In this document: in pieces, positions 63,446 to 64,000 of the stretch
How the letters are laid out: every line of letters starts with the position of its first letter
Position numbering within the stretch: position 1 is the stretch's first letter
Origin: Acidimicrobiia bacterium
GTDB lineage: Bacteria > Actinomycetota > Acidimicrobiia > Spongiisociales > UBA5794
Assembly: GCA_051002015.1 (NCBI GenBank)
Contig: JBPCMS010000012.1
Span: forward strand, 1,169-65,168
Direction: 5' to 3'
DNA: 64,000 bases
Notes under the pieces: model-generated
Told to the model about the DNA's origin: nothing
The model's database searches: none
The model's input: the letters and a program-made list of their open reading frames with translations, nothing else
Translations under genes and position numbers: made by a program

Positions 63446-64000
63446 ATGCGATCGCTCACCGTGGCTCAGGCGCGGAATTTCGCTCTTGCCGCCCAGGGTT
63501 TCGGCGTGCGGCGACCGGCCGGCCGGGTCGACGTTCGCCATTTCCGCCGGCTGTTCGACCGGATCGGGCTGCTCCAGCTCGACTCGGTCAACGTGCTTGC
63601 CAGGGCCCATTACCTGCCGGTGTTCGCCCGGCTGGGGCCGTACGACCGCGACGCCCTCGACCAGTTCACCACCGCCTCCGGCGAGGTCTTCGAGTACTGG
63701 GCGCACATGGCCTCGCTGCTCCCCATCGACACCTATCCCCTGTACCGGCATGCGATGGCCAACGAGCCGGCGTGGGGGGTGGTGCAGCGGCTCGAGACAC
63801 AGCATCCCGGCTACGTCGAGTCGGTGTACCGCCAGGTCGTCGACCGCGGCCCGCTGACGGTCTCCGATCTGGCCAACCCAGGCACCCGCACCGCCTCGTG
63901 GTGGGGGTGGGGCCCGGGCAAGATCGCCCTCGACCGGTTGTACATCACCGGCCGCATCGCCACCTACCGCGGCCCCAATTTCATCAAGTTGTTCGATCTG
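63446..64000 (+). CDS. Winged-helix YcaQ/AlkZ-like protein (partial; runs off the window end; not in the ORF track)
   Basis: My own translation from ATG 63446 gives MRSLTVAQARNFALAAQGFGVRRPAGRVDVRHFRRLFDRIGLLQLDSVNVLARAHYLPVFARLGPYD...EYWAHMASLLP.... The frame stays open to nt 64000. Confidence 0.7.
   Translation, partial: MRSLTVAQARNFALAAQGFGVRRPAGRVDVRHFRRLFDRIGLLQLDSVNVLARAHYLPVFARLGPYDRDALDQFTTASGEVFEYWAHMASLLPIDTYPLYRHAMANEPAWGVVQRLETQHPGYVESVYRQVVDRGPLTVSDLANPGTRTASWWGWGPGKIALDRLYITGRIATYRGPNFIKLFDL

Overview
High-GC chromosomal core region with Actinomycetota-type synteny; third codon positions are almost all G/C. I call about 74 coding features, mostly on the + strand. The order is ddl, rpmB/recG, rsmD-coaD-yceD-rpmF-plsX-rnc-mutM, smc-ftsY, ffh-rpsP-KH-rimM ... 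trmD-rplS-lepB, yraN ... comM-dprA-xerC-whiG-rpsB-tsf-pyrH-frr-cdsA-dxr-rseP-ispG, proS, rimP-nusA-infB-DUF503-rbfA-nrnA-truB-ribF, and rpsO-pnp. I see no rRNA, tRNA, CRISPR array, transposase or prophage, and no recognisable defence-system genes. No single candidate stands out as a coherent new multi-gene system. The non-core content is as follows. (1) Three non-coding repeat families that I cannot assign to a named family: a 48-bp dual-palindrome unit at four loci (about 10 units), an ~85-bp two-hairpin element in two inverted copies, and a 61-nt tandem duplication with strand-specific hairpins upstream of a nucleoside phosphorylase gene. (2) A three-gene insertion splitting the normally contiguous rimM-trmD operon, including an unusual fusion of a Rossmann flavoprotein domain to ferredoxin-NADP reductase. 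(3) An imuA'-imuB mutagenesis cassette whose promoter spacer is exactly filled by a perfect LexA box. (4) A decayed Phd/YefM-RelE/ParE toxin-antitoxin module in which both genes are disrupted. (5) An alkyltransferase-like (ATL) protein. (6) A 11-2-11 palindromic operator between a solitary clpP and an SRPBCC-ArsR pair. (7) Large low-complexity extensions on housekeeping proteins: S16, NusA, CdsA, PNPase, and an in-frame 18-nt repeat in MutM. Many long ORFs in the supplied track are GC-driven shadow frames and were rejected. Several true starts lie well inside track ORFs, and three genes are absent from the track (rpmF, a 36-aa membrane peptide, and the open-ended ycaQ-like gene).
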